DNA of 63,098 nt, filler included, from Squatina squatina (GCA_031763465.1; 3 parts of 3 records of this genome joined end to end with filler, not necessarily neighbours in it), one strand, 5' to 3'; positions 24,659 through 37,930 are shown, numbered from the whole stretch's first letter. The notes: generated by a model not told the origin, from the letters alone. Numbers and translations are program-made.

Positions 24659-24871
24659 CTGCACAAACTTCTCCAGAGCTGGTCCCTCCAGGCAGCTGTA
24701 GTTTGTAAGGAATTTGAGCTTTGCCAGTTGGAAGCTATTCCGAGTGTGAGCCTCTGCTTGCTTCTCCAAGACTTGGAATACCGCAGCTCCCAGCAACAAG
24801 TAAATAAAATATCCCAACAGCAGAATCACCGTCCAACTCACTCGGATACTGTAGACAGTAAAGTATGACAT
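24659..24871 (-). CDS. KCNK16: KCNK16 (TALK-1) first coding exon (TM1 plus cap)
   Basis: 213-bp exon with Kozak-like gccATG and donor CAG|gtaagc. YLLLGAAVFQVLEKQAEAHTRNSFQLAKLKFLTNYSCLEGPALEKFVQ resembles recalled human YLLLGATIFQLLERQAEAQSRDQFQLEKLRFLENYTCLDQWAMEQFVQ. Confidence 0.92.
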
Positions 24872-25762
24872 GGCGTTGGCCGCGTGTTAGAGCCCACTTC
24901 AGCACGAACCATCGAGCACCATCTCACTTGGCTGGTTGAATCAGACAGGCTGAGCTGTCGAAAGGCTCATTATCCCACCTGTGTGGCATTTCATTGCATC
25001 TTGCATCTGGGATGAAAGCCCTTCTCTCTTTGCTTATTCTGCGCGAGCTGACTGTATTCAAGAGACATTCAGTCAATTTTCTTTTTTTACAGGCCATTAC
25101 ACACCACTTACCTCGTTCAGGCACTTGTTACTTAGCAGAACGCAACATCGGGAAATAAGTTCATTCGAGCAGATGGTCGAAAGGATTGGCACTGCCAAGA
25201 TTCTATATTTTCCAATACAATTGTAGGATATAGTGACTGNNNNNNNNNNNNNNNNNNNNNNNNNNNNNNNNNNNNNNNNNNNNNNNNNNNNNNNNNNNNN
25301 NNNNNNNNNNNNNNNNNNNNNNNNNNNNNNNNNNNNNNNGGAACGTTCCATTCCTTGTGTAAACGGGGGGTATTACCACTTTACATCAGTCAGTTTGAAA
25401 AAGTTGCTGAATTAGCTTTGAACTTGGGGTCATTGGGACATGAAGGGTGATGGGGCTAAGGGCACTTTACAAGATCTGGTTACACGTTCTGCTTCACTTC
25501 ACTGCTCTCCAGACAACCCTTTAGCTTGATGAGTTTTACAGGAAAGTTTTGTCTATGCCCCCCGATTCAATTAAAATAAAACTTTACAAATTCAAATCCT
25601 GCCAAGTTCAAATCAGATGAGGAGATAGCAGAAAATCTGGGAAGCAAAACCTGGGCCTTGGGAATGCAACCTTGGCAGGAACTACAAGCAATAACAGTCT
25701 CTCTCTCTCTCCCTCTCTATCACAAAGCACGTTTAACCTGTTGTATAGCATCACAGTTTTTC

Positions 25763-25806
25763 TTATGCTGAGTCTGAAAAGTACTTCAAGTCTGGTGAAG
25801 CACGGT
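25763..25806 (-). other. Candidate short terminal coding exon (possibly KIF6 last exon)
   Basis: Strong acceptor ctccgtctctttcgcag, with a phase-1 frame xRASPDLKYFSDSA*. Strand and position fit a KIF6 3' end, but no sequence similarity was recognised. Confidence 0.25.
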
Positions 25807-26379
25807 CTGCGAAAGAGACGGAGTAAATCAGGTTAACAGTAAAGTAGAAAGGAATCGCTGAATACAAATATTTACCGTTACATTGCATGTGCTTATTAAG
25901 TTGAGAAATGAGGGCCAAAAATTGGGACCTTTGTCTAAAATTATGAGAACCCAATTGCAGTTTTGAACCTTTCCTATTACCAAATCAGGAGTGGCTAGGG
26001 TCAGGCACTTGCGACACTTTTGTCTACAATGGACAAGTCATCACACTTCGACCCCAGAAAGAGGGCAGAAGACNNNNNNNNNNNNNNNNNNNNNNNNNNN
26101 NNNNNNNNNNNNNNNNNNNNNNNNNNNNNNNNNNNNNNNNNNNNNNNNNNNNNNNNNNNNNNNNNNNNNNNNNTCTGTTAAGTATGGGCCCTTTAACGCT
26201 AAAGTTTGCACGTGTTTGAACGCTCAAATTGTAAAGTAGCTAATTGGGGGCATCACTGAAAATTTTCTAAGAGTCTCACTTCCAGTGCTAAATTCGGCGC
26301 TTAGCGCTAGAAATGCAAAAATAGCAAATTGGCTGCCCATAGAATTACGCAACAGCTCTCTGAATGAGTTGCCCACCTA

Positions 26380-26540
26380 GTCCTAATTCACTGTCCTTTC
26401 CCATATCCTTTTAAAATTATCTCTCAAATACTTATTCACTTTCCTTTTAAGACTTATTATGGATTTTGCCTCTACCACTGTTTCTAACAGCACATTCCAT
26501 ATTCTAACAACACTGCATAATAAAAAAAAAAATCTCCTCA
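26380..26540 (-). mobile_element. CR1 3' fragment
   Basis: Minus ORF RRFFFLLCSVVRIWNVLLETVVEAKSIISLKRKVNKYL matches the CR1 ORF2 C-terminus. Confidence 0.75.
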
Positions 26541-28294
26541 CTTTTTCTGTTGTTCTTTTCCTCGCTGAATTACCTGGTCTCCTCATTTATTATTTTCAGT
26601 CTTGGTGGTGTCCTGCACTATTGGAATTAGACCTTTACTCAGGTTTCTCATGTGCTAAAAAACATTTCATCTATTACTTATTAAAAAGTTTAATCAAAAA
26701 ACAACAGGAACTGAATTTGATGTTGATTTTTTTTAAGTGTATGCAGGTACCGATTTCACCCTTCCCTCACCCCGACATAACTCTTTACAAAAACAGTCAG
26801 GCTGGAAACTGATTTTTTTATTCATTTGTCCTTCCATGACCACTACAATGGTACCTTATAGTTTAGCATCTTAAATGTTTATAGAATATCCTGACTTACT
26901 TAATCAAAGAAAGATTTTCCATTTGCAGGGATGTTAGCGTGTGGTCCAGTCTCATCAGATTTGGACTGCTTTTTGAATTATTTCCAAACTCGCTCTTATC
27001 TATCAACACTTATGTCAAATGGGGATTCTTTGAGCATTAATTCCCGTGGCTGTTTAATGAGAATTAATTCAATTTGCTTCTTAGCAGCTTCTAACTACAG
27101 CCAGCCTAGGGCCACACAAACAGGGGTCTCCAGCTCTCTGAAGGATTCCTATGCAATTATGTTAAGATACAGGCCTGGGCAAAACACAACGAATAGTTTC
27201 TCATATATCATTACAAATGGCCTAAACAATGGAAAATCTATTTTTTGTAAAAGGCACACTGGCTAATTTTATTTAGGATTTTAAAGTACCTTCTCAGCTG
27301 CTGCGGTTTAACAGACTTGAAAAGCAGACACCACAAAAGACATGTCATCATTTACACTGTTTTCCAGTTCATGCTCCATTTAAAAATGAAGTCTTAGATA
27401 AACACTGTCTTCAAACAGTTTTTTAAAGGTTATTCTTCCCAGAAGTTAGACATAGTAAGAACCTCATCACACAATGTTTCTTCCCTCTCCTTCTGAAGGC
27501 ACAGGCCGAGACATTCGGCTGCACAGAGCCCAAATTTTCAGTGCTACGGGTGCTGTCTTGTGTCCAAAATGGTGTGCACATGCATTTCTGGTGCGGGCCA
27601 CGCCAGATGCCCTTATTTTAGAGAGGTTGTTTGTATCAGCACAGGGAGCATGCTGATTTGACGCCAGCGCTGCCATTTTTGAATTCCACGCTCCGGCCAA
27701 TGTCCTGTCATAACCTCACACAGCTGAACACAGGTTAAACAAAATGAAGGATATCCCACCAGTGCTACTTAAAGGGCTCAGGAACTATTTACAGCTTAGT
27801 TGGTTTATTTCTTCAGGCTGCTCGTGCAACTGTCAGCATTTCTTGAGCTTTCCTATATATGGCTAAAGTTTGAATAGTCGACAGGGAATGGTTGGCGGGT
27901 ACTTATTTGTTGATTTAAANNNNNNNNNNGAAGCCATGCAGAGCAGGACAAGCTGCTAGAAGGAAAAGGAGGGGAGGCTTTGAAGTGCACCAAGCATTTT
28001 GTTATGTACACCCATCAGCCTTTTTATATGGTCTGGCCCATAGAAGTCCTCATCTGAGTCTTGTGCAACTGAACTATTGTGCAAACTCGCCCGCCAGCAA
28101 GCTGGCTCCTTCCCACCAACCCCCTCACCCCCCACCCCTGCCCTGGCTCCTGCATACTTGTGCCCAGTGTCTCACCATGGGGAGATCCCTCCTTTNNNNN
28201 NNNNNNNNNNNNNNNNNNNNNNNNNNNNNNNNNNNNNNNNNNNNNNNNNNNNNNNNNNNNNNNNNNNNNNNNNNNNNNNNNNNNNNNNNNNNNN

Positions 28295-28840
28295 NTCATG
28301 TCCGTTGTACCCCTAGAGGGGCGGAAACCGCATTGTGACTCAGGGAGGAGCTCTTCAGCCACTGGCAGGAGACGTTTGGGGAGGAATCTTGAGATGACCT
28401 TTCCTGTGGCGGACAGCAGGGAGACACCTCTGTAGTTTCCGCAATCGGGCTTGACTCCTTTCTTAAAGATGATTGCGATTATGGCATCTCAGATCTCCTG
28501 GGAGATGAGGGAGATGAGGTCATGGATTCATGCCACGAGTGTCTCACTGCCATATTTTAGTGTTTCGGCAGGGATTCCATCTGTGCCGGAGGCTTTGTTG
28601 TTATTCAGCTGCCCGATGGTCTTGATGACCTCAGGTAGGGCAGGGATTGTGCTGAGGTGGTGGCGGGTAGGCTGTTGTGGGATGGAGTCGAGGGCTCGGG
28701 CGTCGAGGACCGAGTCTTGGTTGAGGAGTTCCTCGAAGTGCCCCTTCCAGCGGGCGCTGACTGCCGCTCTGTTTTTAATGAGCATGACACCATTCTTCGC
28801 TCTCAGCGGAGTGAGTCCTTGGGTGCTTGGATCGTCCACC
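28295..28840 (-). mobile_element. RTE-clade LINE reverse transcriptase fragment, frameshifted
   Basis: ARWKGHFEELLN...KASGTDGIPAETLK / DCGNYRGVSLLSATGKV / AEELLPESQCGFRPSRGTTDM are RTE RT motifs. Confidence 0.85.
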
Positions 28841-30029
28841 ATAAATTCGACAGAGGATCTTCAGAAACCGGAGAAACAGCATACAAAGCATTAACGCCAA
28901 TTCTCTGTTCTTACTGTGAAGCTCCCACGGATGTTACAGGGGGCAATCAGAAATTCAGTCCCATGGGAGTTCATCCCCATACTCTGATGTTCATAAAAAT
29001 AAGACTTACTAATCTTAAATTGCAGAAGAAAGTCTTTTTAACTAATCAAATAACTTTTTTTATTTTTCTATTTAGTAGCCATTTACAATGTTTCTCCAGG
29101 GTTTCGGCTGATCTTCCGCTGAAATTACGGCAGGAAATCGTCAAACCCCTAAAGAAGTGCTATGCCAAAGCTTTTAAGTTGGGAGCTACAATTTTTAGGT
29201 ATTAATGAAGATGTGAAAACATTTACACTGACCATATCAAAGCTATAAACAGTACCAACAACACTTCTTCCCTCCTGCATTTTAATCTGTTACACAGCAG
29301 TAGTAAATGGAAAAAAGTAAGGAATTGATGGATGTAAAAAGGCTATTTGGCCTATCAAGACCTTTCTCTCCACAAACAAGTGTATAATTTGACCTGTCAT
29401 GAAGTCCATCCAACCCATTGAACCTCCTGAGGGAGGCAACGAACCTTAAAAAACCTCCAAGAAGATCAAGCATAGAGGAGTTTCTCAACAATTTCCAAAG
29501 ATAATCAATTGAAGTTCGAGGATATTAATCTATCTGACAACTTACACTGATCAATTCTGACCAGTGCACTTCATAAGTGACTCATCCATGGTCCCAACAA
29601 TTATATTCTATAGAGTATTTGATCATCTGTGTCTATACTTATCTATTCTATCCTGGTCTTAAATGGATAGTTATTCAATTGTTTTATTCAGGTACTAATC
29701 AAAATATTAATTGCTTTATTATCTATACTGCATGTCCAATACACTGAGAGGATTGAAAGTTCTTCTGATCTGTAGTCTTGCATGAAGCCAGTTCAATTTG
29801 AACCAGTATCTTCAAATTATCTACTCACAGTTTAAGTTAAGCAGCATATGTTCCTATGCAGCAAATGCAAGATGGCAATACTGAAGGAAACAGAACAAAT
29901 TCTTTCAATTTTTAATTTAAATAGCATTGCAAGGATTTGTAATGCTGTGGTTGATTTAAAGATTTTTACTTCTTTTCCTTAACAGCACTAATATCCTATG
30001 CCATTATTCAGTGGTGTTAGCCAAAAGCT

Positions 30030-30495
30030 CATGATAAACTTGAACTCATCTGAAACTCTGCTGCCAGTATCCTAACTTACACCAAGTCCCATTCACCCAT
30101 CGTCCTTGTGCTCGCTGACCTACATTAGCTCCTGGTCGACCTTGTTTCTAATTTCATCTGTGGCCTCGTCCCTCCCTATCCCTGTAATCTCCTCCAGCCT
30201 TACAATCTCGAGATCTTTTGCTCCTCCAATTCTGGCCTCTTGTTCATCGCCAATTTTAATTGCTCCACATTGGCAGCCGTTCCTTCACCTGCCTGGGCTC
30301 TAAGCTCTGGAATTCTCTCCTTAAACCTCTCCACATCACTTTTGCTCCTATAAGACGTTTCTTAAACCAAGCATATGTTCATCTGTCCTTATGTGACTCG
30401 GTGTCAAATTTTGTTTGATAATGCCCCTGTGAAGTCCTTTAGGACATTATACAACATTAAAGGTGCTATAAAATTTCAAATTGTTGTTGTTTTGT
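30030..30495 (+). mobile_element. L2 LINE 3' region
   Basis: cacccatcgtccttgtgctcgctgacctacattagctcc (I.PVL.DLHWL-like) and ctctggaattctctcc (LWNSL), followed by the tail aaggtgctataaaatttcaaattgttgttgt. Confidence 0.8.
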
Positions 30496-31759
30496 TGATG
30501 TAATTGAACTGTTTGCAGACAACTCACATGCTTCCTCTATTTTCCCTCAATTTCTGATGAGCTGTTACGTGGTAGGAAGCAGATACACTTCACAAATGCT
30601 CAACTCTTGGCCAATGTTTCCAAAATGCATTAAATTCTGTGCTTTACTCAGCCAATAGAAGACTAACGGGCCTCCATGGAGAAGGAATAAAATAGGATTT
30701 TTTTTTTAAAAAGAGGACGTTTAAGATTTTTTTTCCACATAGGAGAGCTTGGATGTAAAAGGAAACCTAACCTCTTAATCCCCAAAGCCATCTAGAAAAG
30801 TAACCAAAACCAGNNNNNNNNNNNNNNNNNNNNNNNNNNNNNNNNNNNNNNNNNNNNNNNNNNNNNNNNNNNNNNNNNNNNNNNNNNNNNNNNNNNNNNN
30901 NNNNNNNNNNNNNGGCTCGAAGGGCCGAATGGCCTACTTCTGCACCTATTTTCTATGTTTCTAACTAACTTGGCATACCAGGCTCTGCTGATACACCAGA
31001 TCCCAAATGAGCCTAAAGAGTGGAAACTTCTGGTGCAGCAAGTCGCCAACGCTGGCTCCACCTCCTTGCCATCATTTTGCTTCTAAGGGGAGAACAGGGG
31101 TTCCGCCCTTTTGCTACACAACCAGGAAACTACTGGAAGCAGCCAGAGTTACAGTAACAAACTGGTGGAACCCCCAAGGAATTCCAGGGCCATACATCAA
31201 TTTATTCAATAGTTGTGCACCTCATGGACAGATTTAACTTCTAACTACACTACATGTATCACATGAGACAGGAGTAATATTGTATTTCCCATGGCTTTTT
31301 TTTTTAATGGGAGTGATTAATGAGCCTTAATTCGGGGTTGTAATGCAGTTACAGTTGTGGTAATGATAATCTGACCACATTCATTTACAAACACAGTATG
31401 GCTGGGATTTTATTTTTAATGTCATGATTCATGTATGAAAGCATGTTGAGTTATTAAAGTTGGAAATGGAGCTGGCAAGTTTTGCCAGGTCTCACATTGC
31501 TAATGTTAAGTATGAGTCCTAGCAGATGATTCTGAGTGTATGAAATAAATTGCCACTGGCTGCAGTATTCCTTTTTTAATGCTAGATTCAACAGTCAATG
31601 AGTGATAAATGCTTTAAATAATATGCCAAACAAGAAACATTGGGGCTATTAAAAATGCAACTGGACACCTCGATGTGTGTTAATCTTTGATTTTCCAAGT
31701 GCTGCCAAGCACAAAAACTGCTCAAAATATAATTCATTCAACTGTACCGAATATTTCAC

Positions 31760-31870
31760 ATGTGTTGGAGGTGCCATCCTTCAGATGCGACATGGCCATA
31801 TCTATCTTTCAGGTGGAAGTAAAAGATCTTATGGCACCATTTGAAAATTCTTCTGGCATCCTGGCTTTCA
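31760..31870 (+). mobile_element. Internal fragment of Deu-domain SINE
   Basis: ggaggtgccatccttcagatg...caggtggaagtaaaagatcttatggcaccatttgaa matches 58405-58500. Confidence 0.6.
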
Positions 31871-32894
31871 CTGATTGCAGAAATCTGGAACTCGCTCCCC
31901 AGAAAGCTCTTGAGACTAAGTCAATTGTATATTTTTAATGAGGTTGATAGATTCGTGCACCTCTTCCAGGGTAATTCCCAAGTCAAACAATTTTAGATCT
32001 GCTTTTCAGTTTACATCCCAATATCTGGCCCAATTTATTCAACTGTTCTTCCTGTTCTTCTTCTAGGGGGTGNNNNNNNNNNNNNNNNNNNNNNNNNNNN
32101 NNNNNNNNNNNNNNNNNNNNNNNNNNNNNNNNNNNNNNNNNNNNNNNNNNNNNNNNNNNNNNNNNNNNNNNNTTTGCTGTGGCTGCCACTCAGATTTGGA
32201 AAAATGGGAGTGTGTATAGTTTTCTGGCATAAACAACACTGAGACACAAATAGCGACCCTGCCAATAAGCAAAGGACGGCACTACATTTTTCTTTCTACT
32301 GTAATCAAGTAACCCATAACAACCGCATCTCAACATGGTATGAAGGTCTTATTTAAAGCTCAAACATTTTCTGCTCAATGTGTGGTAGATATAAAGCCAA
32401 AGCAGTAGACTAAACATTTTGTGTAATGTTGCACATAATCAACAGGTAGTAAACAACTAGAACATAACAGAACGAACATAGATTATTTTCCAAATAAACT
32501 TGCAAATTTTCCATTACAGAGGATTATAGGTTGGTTTATCCTTCCTTCCACTCCAGGAAAGTAATTCGAAACAACTGGATTTTTAAAAAATTCAATCACA
32601 CTTTATTTCAATTGTGACATTTCTAAATAGTATTATCAGCAAAGTCTACATTATCTTACAGCCTGCAAACCACATTCCCTGACCCCTGCATTACTACGCA
32701 ATGTGTTCTGCACGTGGCGCGCTGCTATTGAAGCATCAATACGGCACCTGACGTACCCAGAAATAAACGACATCGAAAAGGAAGGCCTTGATGCTAAGGT
32801 GTTCTTACTGCCATTTAGCTGATACTGAGTTGCCATTATCTTTACTGGTAAAACAAATAGAAAAATTTGCAGCATTTCCTTAATTCTGGAAAGC

Positions 32895-33259
32895 TAGCAC
32901 GGATTTGTTAAAGGCAAATCGCATTTAATTAACTTGATCGGGTTTTTTGATGAGGGCAATGCGGTTGATGTGGAGTATATGGACTTCCAAAAGGCCACGT
33001 AATAGGCTTGCCAGCAAAGTTGAAGCCCATGGAATAAAAGGGACAATGGCAGCATGGATAAGGAATTGGCCAAATGACAGGAAACAGAGAGTAGTGGTGA
33101 ATGGTTGTTTTTCGGACTGGAGGAAGGTATATTGTGGTGTTCCCCAGGGGTCGGTACTGGGAAGTCTTCTTTTCTTGATATATATTAATGACTTGGACTT
33201 GGGTGTACAGGGCACAATTTCAAAATATGCGTTTGACACAAAACTTGGAAGTATAGTGA
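32895..33259 (+). mobile_element. CR1 LINE reverse transcriptase fragment
   Basis: WIRNWPNDRKQRVVVNGCFSDWRKVYCGVPQGSVLGSLLFLIYINDLD...ISKYAFDTKL contains the RT PQG motif and a decayed FADD. Confidence 0.92.
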
Positions 33260-34083
33260 NNNNNNNNNNNNNNNNNNNNNNNNNNNNNNNNNNNNNNNNN
33301 NNNNNNNNNNNNNNNNNNNNNNNNNNNNNNNNNNNNNNNNNNNNNNNNNNNNNNNNNNNATCAGGAAAGAATTTGTATTTGATTACCAAGAAACCCTATG
33401 GCTAATATATATTGTAAGGGATTTATTTTGCCAATTTGAAGCAGATTTACAAGAAGCTATGTGTTGAAATACTCCACTCATGGGATCTGCTTTGACCGAA
33501 GTTTGAATTCAGCACAGACAAAAGGGATAAAAATAGTCTTTTTCTGACTAAAATGAAATCGGACAGTTTAAACCGAGTTCCCAAAAGACTCAAATACATA
33601 GCACAAAACTGCTCTCCAATTGGTGCTAAGTGGATCAAATTCAAAGAGGCCAGAAAAATCAAGAGTGCGCGAAATGTAAATGTTACACTGGGGAAATCTG
33701 TGCATGACTGAAATTGTTACATAATGTCGAAACAATGCAGCAAAAATTCTGCGTTGTGCATCTGGCATAGTTCATGTCCGATCTGGGCCCAAACTCTCAA
33801 GTAATACTTTTTTTCCCCAACTCATGCCCTTTGTCTTGATGACTAATTGTGCATTTCCCCAAAATTCAATCTTGTTCCACTGATGGCAGCTAACTACCCA
33901 TGGTACTATTTCAAAGAACAGCAGGGGAGTTATCCCCNNNNNNNNNNNNNNNNNNNNNNNNNNNNNNNNNNNNNNNNNNNNNNNNNNNNNNNNNNNNNNN
34001 NNNNNNNNNNNNNNNNNNNNNNNNNNNNNNNNNNNNNGCCCTTGGTTCATGGTATTTCTGTTAGGCTTAATAGCGCTGACAAC

Positions 34084-34271
34084 AGGGTTAATTTTAACTT
34101 TGGTTGATGATGTAAAACAGGCTATATTGAATTCGCCAACCATTATATACCACGCTCAATTTTCCTTTCTATTGAAGTCAATGGATGGAAAAAAACAGAC
34201 AGGGTGCGCATAAGGGTCGCCAATTTGATTTTGCCCGTTTTACCCCATTGGCCAAAGTTAAATTTACCCCC
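34084..34271. mobile_element. Complete ~190-bp MITE with ~19-bp imperfect TIRs
   Basis: Left end gggttaattttaactttgg and right end ccaaagttaaatttacccc are reverse complements with 3 mismatches. Confidence 0.7.
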
Positions 34272-35746
34272 AATGAGTGCAACAAAAAAGAAGCTTGCAC
34301 TCTCCACCACATCCCTCATCTTGGTGAATACGAATTCACAAAAAAAATGTATTTTTTATTTTTAAAAGTCTAGAATGACCTTCTCCTGCTGACAAATGAA
34401 CAAATCGGATTGGAATGAAGAACATTCAAACAAATGGATGTTTGCAGTGAAAAATAGTGAAATCCCAGTCACAGGACAGCAGTGATTGCGACATATATCA
34501 AATTTACGTATCACTGGAGAGGCTACAAATATTTTTCTGTCAGAGACACGCTGCAGACATTTGAACTCTGTGGATGTTTTCGGCCTTGTCTTGGCAGCAT
34601 ACGGTTAAATATTTTCACCACTGTGTTTTAATGAAGTTTAATGGTATGTGCTGATGTAAAGCCTTTGGTGAGGGCTAAATTTTTCACCTCTTACTCAACT
34701 TCACTTGGTCATTATTCAATTTATTAGTGACAAAAACATGCAGACAAAAAGTTTTTTTTTAAGTGTAAAATCCTTCAAATGAAAACCTTATGTGGCTCTT
34801 TATTAAGTGATTAAACTGTATAAGATAAATACACAGAATGANNNNNNNNNNNNNNNNNNNNNNNNNNNNNNNNNNNNNNNNNNNNNNNNNNNNNNNNNNN
34901 NNNNNNNNNNNNNNNNNNNNNNNNNNNNNNNNNNNNNNNNNATGATCTAAAACTTAGAATTACTTTTTTTCCCCCTTTTCCTTGGTATTTCCATTTCTTT
35001 TGTGAAAAAAAATGGAAATGGGAAAAGGCTGTTCAACTATCAATACTGTTCCTTTCACAGATGATATAAAATCCACTTTATCATGGGCTCCGTTCAACCC
35101 ATTTTGCTGCCTGATGAAAGGTTCTCCAAAGTTTCTACCTGCTCTCCCCCATCCCCCATACACCAAAGGTCAATCAAGGAAAACCCCTGTAAAAGAACTA
35201 AATCAGCAGCAATTTGGAGAGTTTGAGAAATCACAGTTAGAGAACTGCTAATTGGTATCAATTCACCAATTTTATTCATAAATGTATTGTATTGAAAGTA
35301 ACAATATTACACTGGTACAGCAGGAATGCTCCTGTATAATTGCTGTCAAAATTCACTAGACGAATGCAGCTGAAGCTCTGCACTGAAGGTGACCAATGAT
35401 AATTCGGTGTTGTCAATGGATATATATATTAAAATGTTCCACACCCTCTGGCTTAGGTGGCAGCACATGCAATCATAAAAAGCAACCTTGAATATGCACT
35501 ATATATTATGTCAGTCTGATCCAAAGCATATCACACAGCATACTGAATGTCATTCCATTAAAAAAGTTGGATTGATACCCATCTCAGAAACGGTCAGCCA
35601 TTGATTCGATACCACCAATGCATGCATTGCACCTTCTTTAGTTTCTGAGCTACAATGGAAACTCAGAAGATAGAATAGCATAATGTTGCCATCATTCGGT
35701 TTCTCGCAAATGATTCAAGAGCACAGACTAATGTTAAGCTGCTTAC

Positions 35747-35962
35747 CTATTCTCCTGCAAATGAAGGTGGACTCAGATCCTAAGGACCTCATGTTGCTGG
35801 CAAATCCTGCTTCAGAAAACCGTCTTGACCCCTGACTTGAGCTGGATTCCTTTGAGGACTGGGCACTAGGGGGAGGTATATTCCCACAATTGTCCAAGTT
35901 TATTTGGTTGATGGCATCCTGTGCCCTCTTCTTCTCTTTCTTTAACATGTTCACTAGAATAT
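35747..35962 (-). CDS. KIF6: Kinesin KIF6 internal (post-motor stalk) exon
   Basis: 216-bp phase-1/1 exon with acceptor tgcttcag and donor G|gtaagc. ILVNMLKKEKKRAQDA...STFICRRI(G) resembles recalled human KIF6 ILVNMLKKEKKKAQEA...SLLHKKIG. Strand and position upstream of KCNK16 fit known synteny. Confidence 0.85.
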
Positions 35963-35984
35963 CTGAAGCAGCCATTCAAGGAAA

Positions 35985-37242
35985 CTAACAGTGAGAACAG
36001 TCTTTTCTATACTACATTGGATAATAAGGAAATGGCAATTTAAATTAATATTTTGTATCCGTTTTCACAGCACAGGAAGACGACAAAATACCAGCGGTAC
36101 AAATGAGCCTAAAAATAAGTCAAAGGAAGGAACTTCATAGATTTAATATAAGTTAGAAAACGCTAATGGCAAAAAAACAATGCAACTTAATGTAAGACAA
36201 ATCTCCCAGACCTGATGGTTTCTCCCCGAGGGTATTAAAAGAAACACGTTAGGAAATTGCAGATGCTTTAGTCATCATTTTTCAAAGCGCTCTAGATTTT
36301 GGAATTGTGCCTGTGGATTGGAAAATTGCAAATGCCACTATTATTTAAGAAAGAAGGGAGGGAGAAACCAGAAAACTTCAGGCCTATCAGTTAACGTCTG
36401 TTGTGGGNNNNNNNNNNNNNNNNNNNNNNNNNNNNNNNNNNNNNNNNNNNNTTAATTAATTAANNNNNNNNNNNNNNNNNNNNNNNNNNNNNNNNNNNNN
36501 NNNNNNNTAGTACACAATGAATAATAGACTTCAAGAAGACATAGACAGGCTGATGGAATGGGCGGACACATGATAAATGAAATTCAACGCAGAGAAGTGT
36601 GAAGTGATACATTTTGGTCGAAAGAATGAGGAGAGTCAATACATACTAAATGGTACAATTTTAAAGGGGATGCAAGAACCTGGGCTGCTCGTGCATAAAT
36701 CTATATAAAACACTAGTTCTGCCCAGCAGGAGTATTGTGTTCAATTCTAGGCATCACATTTTAGGAAGCACATGAAGGCTTTGGAGAGGGTACAGAATAA
36801 ATTTACTGGAATNNNNNNNNNNAGTTATGTGGCTAGATAGAGGCTGGGTTTTTTCTCCTTGGAGCAGGGAAGGATAAGAGGAGATTGATAGAGGTGTTTA
36901 AAATCATGAACGGTTTAGATAGATTAAATAAAGAGAAACAGTTTCCAATGGCTGAAGGGTCGATAACGAGAGGGCACAGATTTGTGGTGATTGGCAAGAG
37001 CCAGAGGCGACATGTGGAAAAACGTTTTTACGCAATGAGTGGTTAGGATTTGGAATACACTGCCTGATAGGGTGGTGGATACAGTTTCAATAGTAGCCAT
37101 CAAAAGGATATTTGAGAAATACTTGAAGGAGAAAAAATTGCAAGGATCTGGGGAAAGAGCGGTGGAATGGGACTAACTGGATTGCTCTTCGCAGACTCGA
37201 TAGGCTGAATGGCCTCCTTCGGTGCTGTACTATTCTATGATA
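35985..37242 (+). mobile_element. CR1 LINE ORF2 fragments on both sides of a gap, ending in a 3' tail
   Basis: KSP.PDG..PRVLKE and DWKIANA..LFKK motifs, LQEDIDRLMEWAD..MKFNAEKCEVIHFG, and the tail gaatggcctccttcggtgctgtactattctatga. The two sides may be different copies. Confidence 0.88.
36408..36507. other. Assembly gap with synthetic six-frame stop linker (44N-TTAATTAATTAA-44N)
   Basis: Linker at 36452-36463, identical in layout to 20088-20187. Confidence 0.9.
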
Positions 37243-37244
37243 TG

Positions 37245-37930
37245 ACCCTTAAGGTCCTGTTTTTTTAAAAATTTAGGTGCTAGCTCCTGGTACTCTCTGA
37301 ACAGGAACTCCTGCCTACTCTATCCAATGTCGTTGGTCCAAACATGGACCACAACGACTGCACCTCCCCCTCCCTCTCCAATATCCTTTCAAGCCAGTTC
37401 AAGATGTCCCTCACCCTGGTACCAGGTGGGCAACAAACCATGTGGACTCTCGATCCTGCTCACAAAGGATGCTATCTGTGCCCCTAATTATTGAATCCCC
37501 TACAACTACCACATTACACTTCCCCTCCTCCTCCCTTTGGACAGCTTCCTGCTCCAAGGTGCCATGGTCAGCACTCTGACCATCCTTCCTTATCCTTATC
37601 CTCACAGGCAGCAAGTAAACTGTACCTGTAGGATAGAATCAGTTTCTCCAGATCCTTGTTCTCTATAAGGGGTTCCCCTTATTATGTACACTATCGGTCA
37701 CACCAACCCCATTCTGATCCTGCACCTCTCTACGAGCTGTGACCAAGGTCTGGACCAAACTGTCCAGATACTCCACCCTTCCCTTATGTATTGGAGTGTC
37801 TCCATCTCACACTTCAGCTCAATGACTCTGAGCTGGAGAGATTCAAAGCAGAGACATCTACTGCAGACTTGTCCGCTCGGGACAGTCTCACTGACCACAT
37901 ACTCCCACACACTGCAGTCCAGATACATTT
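37245..37930 (-). mobile_element. CR1 LINE ORF1 fragment (zinc finger plus SGNH-esterase domain)
   Basis: MYLDCSVWE...VCSRCLCFESLQLRVIELKCEMETL (zinc finger and coiled coil) and VVVVGDSIIRGTDSILCEQDRES (GDS esterase motif), typical of fish CR1 ORF1p. Confidence 0.82.
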
